Below are positions 38,761 to 48,241 of a stretch of DNA of 64,000 nucleotides, piece after piece (within the stretch, counting starts at the first letter, position 1; the number at the start of each line of letters is the position of its first letter). A program made the translations under genes and the position numbers. The DNA lies in assembly GCA_038045945.1 (NCBI GenBank), contig JBBSXC010000003.1, forward strand, positions 1 through 64,000, read 5' to 3'. Under the pieces are notes generated by a model, which was not told the origin of the DNA, ran no database searches, and saw only the letters and a program-made list of their open reading frames with translations. This DNA comes from Nanobdellota archaeon (lineage in GTDB: Archaea; Nanobdellota; Nanobdellia; Pacearchaeales; GW2011-AR1).

Positions 38761-40002
38761 TTACTTAAAATTATAAGTTAAGCCAAGCATACCTGAATAA
38801 GAATTTTTACCTTCTACAGGCATAGCAGCACGAAGGGCGAAGTCTAAACTAAGACTCTTATCAGCATTAGTGTAAATTTTAGCTCTTAAATCAGCATTAT
38901 TAACACTCAAACTCTTATCATTAAGATCAGAATGCCTACCAACTTGTAAAACAACATCCTTAATCCATGAATCACTAACGCTACCTAAACCAACAGCAAC
39001 ATCGGAGTTAAAGTATCTGCTTGAAGGTTCATCATGATACTTAACGTCAAAACTAATGCTGCCTAAATTACCACTATTGCTAGCTGAAGCACCAAAGAAA
39101 TCAATTCTAGAGTCGCCATCACCGATGCCGAAAGGGAAAGTAGCATCACCATCTCCACCAAGGAATGGAGTAATGGAGTTGAAAAGAGTGTCCTGAGTAC
39201 CAACAAGGAAAGCACCACCTGGAGCCTTCTTACCAAAACGAACCCTAGCCTCAAAACCCTTATTTTGGCCTTGAACAGTATCAAAAACTTTAGCTTGAGT
39301 GAGAACTTTGTAACCGTCTATAGCACTATTAGCATCAGACCACTTGTAAGAGAAAGCAGTGTTAAAAGTATCAGAATCATTAACTCTATGACCGCCAATA
39401 CCAAAATCAATCTTATTATCATTAAATACTAAAGCATAACCAAAATTACCATCGCTATCAGCAGTAACCTGAGGTTTAAACTTATCAACATTAAAACCGA
39501 TAGCACTAGCAAGTCGGTTCTCAAAAGGTTTAGCATTATCCTGGAATTCAAAATTAAGGAAGTCAAGAGTACTATCTTTGAATGATTTCTCAAGCATAAG
39601 GCGACCATTATCCAAAGATGAATCTAAGAAAGACTGATAACCCGCATTAAAGCGAACACCAGTATTAGACTCAGACTTACCAAAAGTTAAGTCAGCACCA
39701 TAAATATTAGATCCGTTCTCGCCACGATAAGCAACCTTACCTAAATCACTAGAAAGAATCTGGTGAGTTTGCAAACCACCATGACCATCAGCATAAGCTC
39801 TAGAAGTCAAAACTACAGAATCAACAGCCCTTTCTAAGTCAGACTTAGCTGGAGCATTATCTCCGGCTAGAGCACTAGCTCCAAGAGCATAAGGCATCAA
39901 GGCAGCAGTTAAAGCTGCAACATTAGCCATTTTCCTTATACTTTTTCTTATTGTTTGTTTCATTGTATTTTTATCCATCATCTTATGGTCTGTCGTAACC
40001 AC
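38761..40002 (-). CDS. signal-peptide protein with beta-barrel-like amphipathic strands
   Basis: Basic N-region, hydrophobic core and ALA cleavage site; alternating strands; C-terminal YSGMLGLTYNFK. Confidence 0.6.
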   Translation of the reverse strand: MVTTDHKMMDKNTMKQTIRKSIRKMANVAALTAALMPYALGASALAGDNAPAKSDLERAVDSVVLTSRAYADGHGGLQTHQILSSDLGKVAYRGENGSNIYGADLTFGKSESNTGVRFNAGYQSFLDSSLDNGRLMLEKSFKDSTLDFLNFEFQDNAKPFENRLASAIGFNVDKFKPQVTADSDGNFGYALVFNDNKIDFGIGGHRVNDSDTFNTAFSYKWSDANSAIDGYKVLTQAKVFDTVQGQNKGFEARVRFGKKAPGGAFLVGTQDTLFNSITPFLGGDGDATFPFGIGDGDSRIDFFGASASNSGNLGSISFDVKYHDEPSSRYFNSDVAVGLGSVSDSWIKDVVLQVGRHSDLNDKSLSVNNADLRAKIYTNADKSLSLDFALRAAMPVEGKNSYSGMLGLTYNFK

Positions 40003-40122
40003 TTAATGATAACATAATAGCAGAAATCTTGGGATATAAACATTTTTATTAAACTATATAAACTAGTATAAATCTATATATATTTAGGAAAAGCTTAAAT
40101 ATCGGTCTATATTAACAATCAA

Positions 40123-40998
40123 ATGAAACGTAAATTAGTACAACAAGGGGCTAGCACAATGATGATTAGTCTACCTAGCAAGTGGGTTAAGGCAAATAAC
40201 CTGATAAAGGGGAGCGAAGTGGACATGGATGAAAAGGGTAAAGAAATAGTTATTTCAACTTCAATCAAGAAAGATAATGAAAAAAAGGCCGTAGTGGACC
40301 TATCAGGATATGATTTGCTAATAAACAGAGTTATAGTTTCTCTATACCTTAAGGGATATGAGGAAGTAGAACTAATATTCAAAAACCGTGAAGAAATGAA
40401 GAAAGTGAAGAAGCATGTCCTTGAAGAATTGCTTGGTTTTGAAGTAATAAAACAGGAACAAAATAAGATGATCATAAGAGACCTTACAGGTTTTGAAAAA
40501 CAAAATATTGATGATGTGATAAAGAGGATATTCTTCGTTCTAGATGGGATGCTTGAAGACTTAATTAATGCTGTAAACAAAAAAGAAAGCCTTGATGGAA
40601 TAGTCGACCTTGATTCAAGCATTAATAAGCTGACACACTTTTCACTTAGAATACTTAACTCTAAAGGATATTCTCAAGCAGATAAGACCGAAGAATTCTA
40701 TGGTATGATCTCGATACTTGAACAAATTGGCGACTTAATAAAACAATTAGTGATGGACTTAACAAAAGACAAACTTTCAACAAACCAACTAGAAGTAATC
40801 AGAAAAATTAGATTACTGTTAGATATTTTTTGCAAAATATTGTTTAAGTTTAATAAAGAAGAAGCTGTTAAATTCGCAAAACTATACCAAGAAATAAAAG
40901 ATTCAATAAAGAATAAGAATAAGGTTGACTTAACGCTTAACCAGATTAACGAGGCGATAATAAGAATGAATAACCACTTGCTGGTAACCGTGTTATAA
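40123..40998 (+). CDS. AbrB-PhoU family archaeal regulator (paralog of 34556..35473)
   Basis: RKLVQQGASTMMISLPSKWV...L.KG, LLGFEV, LEQIGD. Confidence 0.88.
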   Translation: MKRKLVQQGASTMMISLPSKWVKANNLIKGSEVDMDEKGKEIVISTSIKKDNEKKAVVDLSGYDLLINRVIVSLYLKGYEEVELIFKNREEMKKVKKHVLEELLGFEVIKQEQNKMIIRDLTGFEKQNIDDVIKRIFFVLDGMLEDLINAVNKKESLDGIVDLDSSINKLTHFSLRILNSKGYSQADKTEEFYGMISILEQIGDLIKQLVMDLTKDKLSTNQLEVIRKIRLLLDIFCKILFKFNKEEAVKFAKLYQEIKDSIKNKNKVDLTLNQINEAIIRMNNHLLVTVL

Positions 40999-42588
40999 TT
41001 ATATGTCTTGATGGTAGTAAGCAAGCCAAGCATCAACAAACTTTCTCCCATCTTTATCTAAAAACTTTCTGTAAGACTTGTAATCATTACTATTAGATTT
41101 AGACTTTACTTCTCTTAATTTACCAATTCCGGATCTTGAGACTACCATCGTATCTTCAACGTCTACATTACCCTTACTATCTCGGCATTCTTCAATTGCC
41201 ACTTCTAGTGATGCAGCAATTGTTGGGAAAAAGGGGCCAAATGCTGGATCATTCTTATCAAAATCTTTATTGTTCAACTTGGCAAATAATCTTGATTGAT
41301 ACTCTGTTAATCTTTCGCCTCTAACATCTGAATTTGCTTGTGCGAAACTCTTAGCAAAATAAGCAACAATTTTATCCTTTGATGCTAACTTAGCGTACCT
41401 GTCAAAACCTTGTTGAATCATGCCATCAGCAGTTTCATAGTCTAAATATTCCTGGCTACTTTCTGAAACGAAAGATGTTTGTTTGCCTTCAAAAATCTCA
41501 TCTTTTGGTTGATAAAGCATTCCCCTAACTTCTTGATCTGATAATTGTCTTCTTTCTGGAATTAATGAAGAAGCATAAATGCCAAAACCTATTAGTCCGC
41601 CAAGCCCTAATGCTCCTAAACCAAACCTTCTAGTATACTTTTTGAATTCATTCATTACGTGAGACTTATCAAGTGTTCTTTCTAAGTTTTCTTTAAGGTC
41701 TGTACCGTTGCTAAACCTTTTATTTTCATCAATATTAAGTCCTTTTGAAAAGAACTTTCTTATCCTTCTGTCACTAATTTTCTCTTTAATTCTTCTATCT
41801 ATGAATTCTTGTATAGCCTCTTTACTTGAACTCTTTATCTCATCATAACTTAAACCCTCTAGGGGGTATTCCCCAGTTTTTAACTTAAACATTAATGCTG
41901 TAGCACTATAGGTGTCTGTTCTCTTTGTAGGGTGACTCCCTTCATTAAAAAGTTCTGGGGCTCTAGTTAAAAACCATCCGATATTATCTCTTGGGGACTG
42001 AGTCATTCCCATACCTTCAACCGTTGATGCACCAAAATCATTAAGTAACAATCGTCCCTCTAAATTAATGGCAAAATTTCCCGGATGACCATCACCATGG
42101 ACTCTGTTTAGTCCTGCCTTTGAGTGAACTTCGCTATATGCCGTTGCAATATCCCTCACATAATGATCAAAATGGGGTTCTACCTTCTCCTCCCATGATG
42201 AAGGATTATAAGGATTATCTTTTGCTATAACCTCTAACATTTTATCTAAAAACATGTCGTAAGGGGGCATTACAATGAATCTTCTACCATTCTTATCGAC
42301 TTCAAATCTTGTTGGAACAACTCTTGAACAAGCAGAAAGCTGAACAGCCTCATTATCCATTGCTTTATTCTCATCAAGATTTCTCTTAGGCATCTTACCT
42401 AAAGCTTCATCCGTTGGAGCAAAAACTTTTATTGCAACATCCTGGCCCGTTATTCTGTCTTTACCCTTATAAACAATACCCCAAGAGCCCATACCGTAAA
42501 TCTCTGCAGGATCAAAAGAATACCTATAAGAATCAATGATCCCAGGGTTCCCCCTTCTAGAGACAAAAGAATTATCCGTTTCAGTCAT
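40999..42588 (-). CDS. membrane-spanning Hanks-type Ser/Thr protein kinase (paralog of 35486..37045)
   Basis: GMGSWGIVY, VAIKVF, HGDGHPGN, NDFG, SPRDNIG, RAPE, then a TM helix. Confidence 0.9.
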   Translation of the reverse strand: MTETDNSFVSRRGNPGIIDSYRYSFDPAEIYGMGSWGIVYKGKDRITGQDVAIKVFAPTDEALGKMPKRNLDENKAMDNEAVQLSACSRVVPTRFEVDKNGRRFIVMPPYDMFLDKMLEVIAKDNPYNPSSWEEKVEPHFDHYVRDIATAYSEVHSKAGLNRVHGDGHPGNFAINLEGRLLLNDFGASTVEGMGMTQSPRDNIGWFLTRAPELFNEGSHPTKRTDTYSATALMFKLKTGEYPLEGLSYDEIKSSSKEAIQEFIDRRIKEKISDRRIRKFFSKGLNIDENKRFSNGTDLKENLERTLDKSHVMNEFKKYTRRFGLGALGLGGLIGFGIYASSLIPERRQLSDQEVRGMLYQPKDEIFEGKQTSFVSESSQEYLDYETADGMIQQGFDRYAKLASKDKIVAYFAKSFAQANSDVRGERLTEYQSRLFAKLNNKDFDKNDPAFGPFFPTIAASLEVAIEECRDSKGNVDVEDTMVVSRSGIGKLREVKSKSNSNDYKSYRKFLDKDGRKFVDAWLAYYHQDI

Positions 42589-42761
42589 TTCTTTACCTCC
42601 TTTTCTTCAACCTTTATTTTGTCTTCTAAAACATCAATAGACAACTTAACAATCATACCAGGCTTAAGGTGCTGCTCAAGAATTCTCGGAACAACAATGA
42701 TTGCCTGGCTACCATGCTTAGCAATACGCTTAGTGATAATAAAGTTTTGTTTAGAAGTCAT
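42585..42761 (-). CDS. small AbrB-like protein (58 aa, not in the ORF track; paralog of 37042..37200)
   Basis: MTSKQNFIITKRIAKHGSQAIIVVPRILEQHLKPGMIVKLSIDVLEDK...; ATGA overlap with the kinase. Confidence 0.85.
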   Translation of the reverse strand: MTSKQNFIITKRIAKHGSQAIIVVPRILEQHLKPGMIVKLSIDVLEDKIKVEEKEVKK

Positions 42762-43072
42762 TACTCATGCCACCCTTCCATTGATGAATCAAGAGATTTA
42801 GGAGAATACCTAAGAGAAAGAAGTCTAACAAGCGGCTCTAAAACTCTTTTTTCTTCAGGTTTAAAACCCTTAATAGAATGACTACCAGAAAAATGATCTG
42901 GGCGTACTAATGAATCCTCAAGGACACTTCTTAACAAATCGTTAAAAGAGGTATAATTTCTAACTTTCATATCGAAAACAGTTTCACCGCTCTGATTACC
43001 AAAAAGACTAATAAAAGTATAACTACAAATACCCTCTTCATCAGTTCTTTTAAGTGAAACTTGGTAAGCCAT
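42761..43072 (-). CDS. hypothetical protein
   Basis: Likely ATG at 43072; TAATG overlap with the small AbrB-like gene. Confidence 0.65.
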   Translation of the reverse strand: MAYQVSLKRTDEEGICSYTFISLFGNQSGETVFDMKVRNYTSFNDLLRSVLEDSLVRPDHFSGSHSIKGFKPEEKRVLEPLVRLLSLRYSPKSLDSSMEGWHE

Positions 43073-43176
43073 ATTTTTATTATAAATTATACATCCTTTA
43101 TGTATAGAAAATGGAAGCAAAAAGGGTATAAAAACCTTACTAAATGTAATCACTAAAGAGTTACACTAAAATGAGT

Positions 43177-43557
43177 TTAATTGTTTTCGTTAGGTGTTTC
43201 TTCGGCTAAGTATCCTTTTATCTCATCAATTATCGTCTTTAGTTCTTCTGTTTGTGGAATTTTTCCTTCTTCAACTAAAACATTTCTCGCTTTCCTGATA
43301 ATTTTACTATAAGGGGTTTTTGATAGTGAAGATTGTTCTGCTCCCATGCATAAAGTTGACTTAAATAATAAATCTGGCGAATAAATACCTTTTTCTAGAT
43401 TAAGTAATTGTCCTCTAGGGGAAACTGTTTCTTCTTTCATAACTTTGTAAACTGGGTCTAAAGCTTTACAAAAACCGCTATGAACATTATCAACCATTAA
43501 TTCTGATACTTCTTCCCTAGCATTATGAGACTCGACACTTCCTTGATTTTCAACCAT
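43177..43557 (-). CDS. hypothetical protein, possibly a degenerate Fe-S subunit
   Basis: GFCKALDPV......E..SPRG and TLCM.A resemble a ferredoxin-type subunit missing several Cys; in an operon with GlcD/GlcF-like genes. Confidence 0.55.
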   Translation of the reverse strand: MVENQGSVESHNAREEVSELMVDNVHSGFCKALDPVYKVMKEETVSPRGQLLNLEKGIYSPDLLFKSTLCMGAEQSSLSKTPYSKIIRKARNVLVEEGKIPQTEELKTIIDEIKGYLAEETPNENN

Positions 43558-44827
43558 TTTTTATTTCCTCTCCACTTATAACTTTGTTAATAATTTCCTC
43601 TTCCTTCTTTTCCTCTTCTTCATCAATCTTCTTAATTATTTCAGCGATTGATTCCTTAGTTGGCAGTCCTAACTTTTCATCAAGGTCGACAATAACCCCT
43701 CTATTAAGTTTGTTGTTAGGATCGTAACGTTTCTTTATTCTTTGAGCTAATTTTTTGTCATTAATATCCATAAAATTCTTTTTTGTTTTACCAAAGCCGA
43801 AAGTTCCAGCAATGTTCCCTCTAATTTTTTTGACAAATAATCGCAAATCATTAATAGCTGAAAAGTCATTAGCTGAGAAAAGAGGGTTAACCAAACCGAT
43901 GCCTAAATTAGCATGATAAGGAATTTTTTGTGAATCTAAATAATTAGCAACTTCTATTAGTCTGTCTAAGAAAACTCTAGGGTCTTCAACACGAACATAG
44001 CCAGAAAGAGAAGCATTCTTGTAAAGATCATCAATAATCCTTATCTTATTATTATAAATATCTCCCTTAATGTCACCTCTATCCGACTCAAACTCTATAA
44101 ACAAATGGTTAATTCTGCTTAAACCTAGTATTTCTGAAAGCATAGGTGAAATAAGATGAATCATGCTTACTTGGTTATCCATCTTAAGAGTTCTTGATAA
44201 ATCAATGATTTTTAGTAAATCGGCAGAACGATAAACTGTTAATGACCTTTTAGGCTTATCAATAACTTTTAACTTAGCAGAGTATATTATGCCTGTTATT
44301 CCTTCCATTCCTACAACGTTTGATGCGTCTATACGTCCAAGTTTTACAACTTTGCTATGACCATCAATTATTTCTATTTCTAAAACATGATCAGCTACTC
44401 GCTTATACTTTGCACTTCTTGGGCCTGTCGCATTTGTTGCTATCATTCCGCCAATAGTACAAATTGATCCTGACTGAGGATTAATAGGGAACTCCAAATT
44501 ATACTTTGATAATTCTTGGTTTAAGTCATTAAGAATTATTCCAGCTTGAACATAAACAACCTTTTTGTTAATATCAACATCTAAAATCTTGTCCATTTTT
44601 GACAAATCAACAACGACTGATCCCTCAGAAGGAACACATCCTCCAACAACTCCGCTCCCACCACCTCTAATGGTTATGTTATGATTCTCATGAACTATCT
44701 TGCGTAATTCTTCATCCGTTGTTGGAGTAAAAACGCTTATTGGATTATTACTTATTCCACTTGCATCAGTTGAGTAAGCATTAATCGCGAGTTCCCTATC
44801 AATAACCTCTGACTTCTTATCTGTCAT
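43550..44827 (-). CDS. FAD-binding oxidoreductase (GlcD/D-lactate dehydrogenase-like)
   Basis: RGGGSG..GG, TIGGMIATNA.G, GMEG.TGII, DPNN.LN.G. Confidence 0.88.
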   Translation of the reverse strand: MTDKKSEVIDRELAINAYSTDASGISNNPISVFTPTTDEELRKIVHENHNITIRGGGSGVVGGCVPSEGSVVVDLSKMDKILDVDINKKVVYVQAGIILNDLNQELSKYNLEFPINPQSGSICTIGGMIATNATGPRSAKYKRVADHVLEIEIIDGHSKVVKLGRIDASNVVGMEGITGIIYSAKLKVIDKPKRSLTVYRSADLLKIIDLSRTLKMDNQVSMIHLISPMLSEILGLSRINHLFIEFESDRGDIKGDIYNNKIRIIDDLYKNASLSGYVRVEDPRVFLDRLIEVANYLDSQKIPYHANLGIGLVNPLFSANDFSAINDLRLFVKKIRGNIAGTFGFGKTKKNFMDINDKKLAQRIKKRYDPNNKLNRGVIVDLDEKLGLPTKESIAEIIKKIDEEEEKKEEEIINKVISGEEIKNG

Positions 44828-45606
44828 ATCTTAACCTCAATTTTACTAATGCCCAAAGCATGAGTTAACAACTGCGACATCTCTAAAACTTCTAAGCCAG
44901 AATTATTCTTATCATTATTCCTCTTCAAATGCTCATAATCCATAATGCCAATAGTTACTAAACTATTAAAACCAGAATTTTTCACTTGGTTAAGACGTAA
45001 AATTGATGCCTCATCAGCTATTTGAGGATTAGTATAAGGCAAACCACCCGAACTTCCAGAATCAATAGTATTAACCTTAGAATTATGCAACTCCTTAACA
45101 GTATGGCCTAAAATACTCAAAAGTTTCCTTGGCTGCTCAATAATACTACTATACCTGCTCAAGTATGGAGAATCATGAAGTACTAAATCAAAACCAACAT
45201 CCCGAAAAACCCTTCTTCCAAGCATTTTTTGAGTTATTGGAATGATTGCGTTAACAACTTCCAAATCCCAATCCATCAAGAAATCCTTATAATCAATAAG
45301 TAAAGCCTTGTAACAAGAGGGACATGTAGTTATAATCTTGGTAACGCCTAAAGCTCGTAAGAGCTTTAAGTTTTTACGAGCTATCTTAATGAATTCTTTC
45401 TCAAAACCTAGTTCTATTGCTAATGAACCACAAATAAACGGTTTAGAAAGGCCCAAATCCTTATCAGTAAGGAATGGTATCCCCAACTTCTTCATTATTA
45501 ACTCATAATTATTCCTTATAGCCAAATTTTCATACTTTCCTAAAAGACAACCTGTATGAAGAAGAGTCTTACCTTTACCAATACCAAAAAACTCTTTTAT
45601 ACCCAT
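44824..45606 (-). CDS. CCG-domain Fe-S protein (GlcF/HdrB-like, degenerate)
   Basis: HTGC, ICGS, ITTCPSC, LHDSPYLSR. Confidence 0.8.
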   Translation of the reverse strand: MGIKEFFGIGKGKTLLHTGCLLGKYENLAIRNNYELIMKKLGIPFLTDKDLGLSKPFICGSLAIELGFEKEFIKIARKNLKLLRALGVTKIITTCPSCYKALLIDYKDFLMDWDLEVVNAIIPITQKMLGRRVFRDVGFDLVLHDSPYLSRYSSIIEQPRKLLSILGHTVKELHNSKVNTIDSGSSGGLPYTNPQIADEASILRLNQVKNSGFNSLVTIGIMDYEHLKRNNDKNNSGLEVLEMSQLLTHALGISKIEVKI

Positions 45607-45729
45607 AAAAAGAGAAGAAAAGCAACCATTTTAAGCTTTAAGATTGTTCAATATATGTTTTATAATCTTAATGGCCAAAAGTGTAAACATTTTCTTGCTT
45701 TAAAGCGCTCTAACACCCTTTTAGAATAA

Positions 45730-46257
45730 TTAATCACTAGAAGTCAAATTCTGAACATACAAACCAATTTCTGAACCTATAACGCTAGTAAAACCCGAAA
45801 AGTATTTTTCCCTAATAAAAGTCATAGGCAAAACAACCTCTCCATTAGCGCCATAATCCTTAGAGAAAACTTTCAATAATTCTCTATTGTCATCATCATA
45901 AGACATCTCATAAAGATTAAGCTTAACCAAACGATTATTATCCTTCAATCCCTGAACGAAAGACTTACCTTCTAAACAAGAAGTACAATTAACAGCCTCA
46001 TAAAAATAGTTTATTTCAACAAGCTTACTAATATTCTTAGAAAGAGAAGCTGTATCATCAAGAGACTTAACAACATTAGAATTAATAGTCTGAGAAGAAG
46101 GAAGAGTGAAAAAGTAAACAAGGACAAGAATGACCGAAATGGCAAAAATTGCATTAGGCAAAGTCACAAACTTCTTCCAATAAGGCATAGAAGCCTCTTT
46201 TTTGTAAGGCTCAAATGAACCAGCCTTGCCCAAGTCAACAATAGCATCATCAACCAT
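45730..46257 (-). CDS. membrane-anchored thioredoxin/glutaredoxin-fold protein
   Basis: TM helix, YFY...CTSC, LP.TFI...YFSGF. Confidence 0.75.
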   Translation of the reverse strand: MVDDAIVDLGKAGSFEPYKKEASMPYWKKFVTLPNAIFAISVILVLVYFFTLPSSQTINSNVVKSLDDTASLSKNISKLVEINYFYEAVNCTSCLEGKSFVQGLKDNNRLVKLNLYEMSYDDDNRELLKVFSKDYGANGEVVLPMTFIREKYFSGFTSVIGSEIGLYVQNLTSSD

Positions 46258-46318
46258 GAAGAAAATTATGATGAATGTTATTTATAAGGGTTATGATGTA
46301 GCAAAAAAGAATAAAAAA

Positions 46319-46903
46319 TCACAAAAAATAAACGATCATAGTAGTAATTATTGAACCCAAAGCCGCAACTGCCATATCCTTCTGAGCATCCCAAACGTCT
46401 CCTTGCGCACCCAAAAAAGATATTCCAGCCTTATTATCAGCTGTTTTAGCAACAAACCACTCAATAATCTCAAAAAGACCAGAAGTAGCAACGATAAACT
46501 CCAAAGGAAAATAATAAGCCCAAAAACCATTAACTAACCCAAAATTAACCATTAATTCCATTATTGGATAAGTTAATAACAAACCATAAGAAAAATGAAC
46601 AAGACGATCATACATATTCCTCTTAGTGCCAAATAACCCCCCAACTATTCTGCCTATTGGTGTCTTAGCATAAGTATAGTGTGAACCAACAACATGAAGA
46701 ATCAAAAAAAGAGTGATTAAAGAATAAGAAACTAAAGACAAAGGAAAAAACTTAACAGAAAGGAACAATAAAGGCAAAAGAACAACAACCAATATGTTCT
46801 CTAAAAACCAAGCATCACGATGAAGAGGCTTAACACCAGACCAAAACCAAAAAAGGAAGAAAACGCATAATAGAGATAAAAGGTAAAAGTCAAGCATGAA
46901 CAA
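46319..46903 (-). CDS. DUF2238 (YjdF-like) membrane protein
   Basis: W.LEN, G.HYTYA, RN.YDRLVHF.YG, FLGAQGD.WDAQKDM. Confidence 0.9.
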   Translation of the reverse strand: MFMLDFYLLSLLCVFFLFWFWSGVKPLHRDAWFLENILVVVLLPLLFLSVKFFPLSLVSYSLITLFLILHVVGSHYTYAKTPIGRIVGGLFGTKRNMYDRLVHFSYGLLLTYPIMELMVNFGLVNGFWAYYFPLEFIVATSGLFEIIEWFVAKTADNKAGISFLGAQGDVWDAQKDMAVAALGSIITTMIVYFL

Positions 46904-47079
46904 TAAAATACTCAGACTTATTTATAAATATTCACTAAAAACACTTAAAAAACTTTTAGTTTTTTAGGCCTCGAGATTTAAAAATCTCAAAGCTGAGAAG
47001 TTTTTCAAACTTCAATACTTAAGATTCTGCGTATCAAAGAATCTTAAAGCTTAAAAACATGTGTGTATAATAATTTTTT

Positions 47080-47841
47080 ATGAAGATTGTATCATGGAAC
47101 ATTAACGGAATAAACTCATCAATAAGAGACGGAATTCTTGACTTTATCAAAAAAGACGATGCTGACATATACTGCTTTCAAGAAGTTAAAAGCGACCCTA
47201 AAGCAGCAATAGAATCAGAAGTGGTGAAAGGAAAATACCATGCTTTTTGGCACGCAGCAAAAAAGAAAGGTTACAGCGGACTATTAGTATTAACTAAACA
47301 AAAACCTTTAGCAATAATAGAAGGAATAGGAAACTGGGAATTTGATGATGAAGGAAGATTCCAAGCATTAGAATACGATGACTTCGTACTAGTAAACACT
47401 TACTTCCCAAACTCAAGAGAAGGACTAAGCAGACTAGAATTCAAAATGAAGTTTAACGAAGAATACTTAGAATTCATGAAAAAGTTAGAAAAAGAAACAA
47501 AAAAGCCATTAATAATGACTGGTGACTTCAACGTAGCACACAAAGAAATAGATTTAGCAAACCCTAAAGCAAACGAGAAAAATGCTGGTTTCTCAATACA
47601 AGAAAGAGAATGGTTCACAAAACTATTAGAATCAGGATTCGTTGACACATTCAGAGAATTTGACAAAAGCGCAGGAAAATACACTTGGTGGACTTATCGT
47701 TTCGGTGCTCGCGCTAGAAACATTGGTTGGCGTATAGACTACTTTGTGGTAAGCAAAAAATTTATGAGCAAAATAAAGAAAAGTTATATTATGCCAGAAA
47801 TAAAAGGAAGCGACCACGCAGTAATAGTTCTAGAAATATAA
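47080..47841 (+). CDS. xth: exodeoxyribonuclease III / AP endonuclease
   Basis: SWNING, QEVK, GYSG, YFPN, GDFNVAH, GWRIDY, GSDH. Confidence 0.96.
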   Translation: MKIVSWNINGINSSIRDGILDFIKKDDADIYCFQEVKSDPKAAIESEVVKGKYHAFWHAAKKKGYSGLLVLTKQKPLAIIEGIGNWEFDDEGRFQALEYDDFVLVNTYFPNSREGLSRLEFKMKFNEEYLEFMKKLEKETKKPLIMTGDFNVAHKEIDLANPKANEKNAGFSIQEREWFTKLLESGFVDTFREFDKSAGKYTWWTYRFGARARNIGWRIDYFVVSKKFMSKIKKSYIMPEIKGSDHAVIVLEI

Positions 47842-47876
47842 TAATACTTAAATAATAAGAAATAATAATCATTATC

Positions 47877-48215
47877 ATGTCTGATTCTGAAGATATTGCT
47901 GCAATAATAATCAACCCAGTTTTTGAAAGGTACGGAGAAATGGGAAGAGTAAACTTCAAAACAAATAGGAATGGGTACTTTGATGTTATCTTTAGTGACG
48001 GAGAAATTGTTAGCTTACCAACAGGTTATGATGGCATAGAATTATACTACCTTAATGGAGATGACAGAGAAACAGGTTTTGACGCGCTTGAAAGAAAATA
48101 CTCTGATATAAACGAAAGAAAGGGAAGGTCGGAGGGACTTGACATAACAGAGATTTTTGATTTAGAATTCTGCGAATTATTTGACAAAGAAAAACTAAGA
48201 AGAATCTTAGAATAA
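47877..48215 (+). CDS. hypothetical protein (tandem paralog 1)
   Basis: F.DG, YY, G...L, E..ELF pattern shared with the next two genes. Confidence 0.7.
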   Translation: MSDSEDIAAIIINPVFERYGEMGRVNFKTNRNGYFDVIFSDGEIVSLPTGYDGIELYYLNGDDRETGFDALERKYSDINERKGRSEGLDITEIFDLEFCELFDKEKLRRILE

Positions 48216-48241
48216 CATTAATAAATAATAAATAACCTTTT

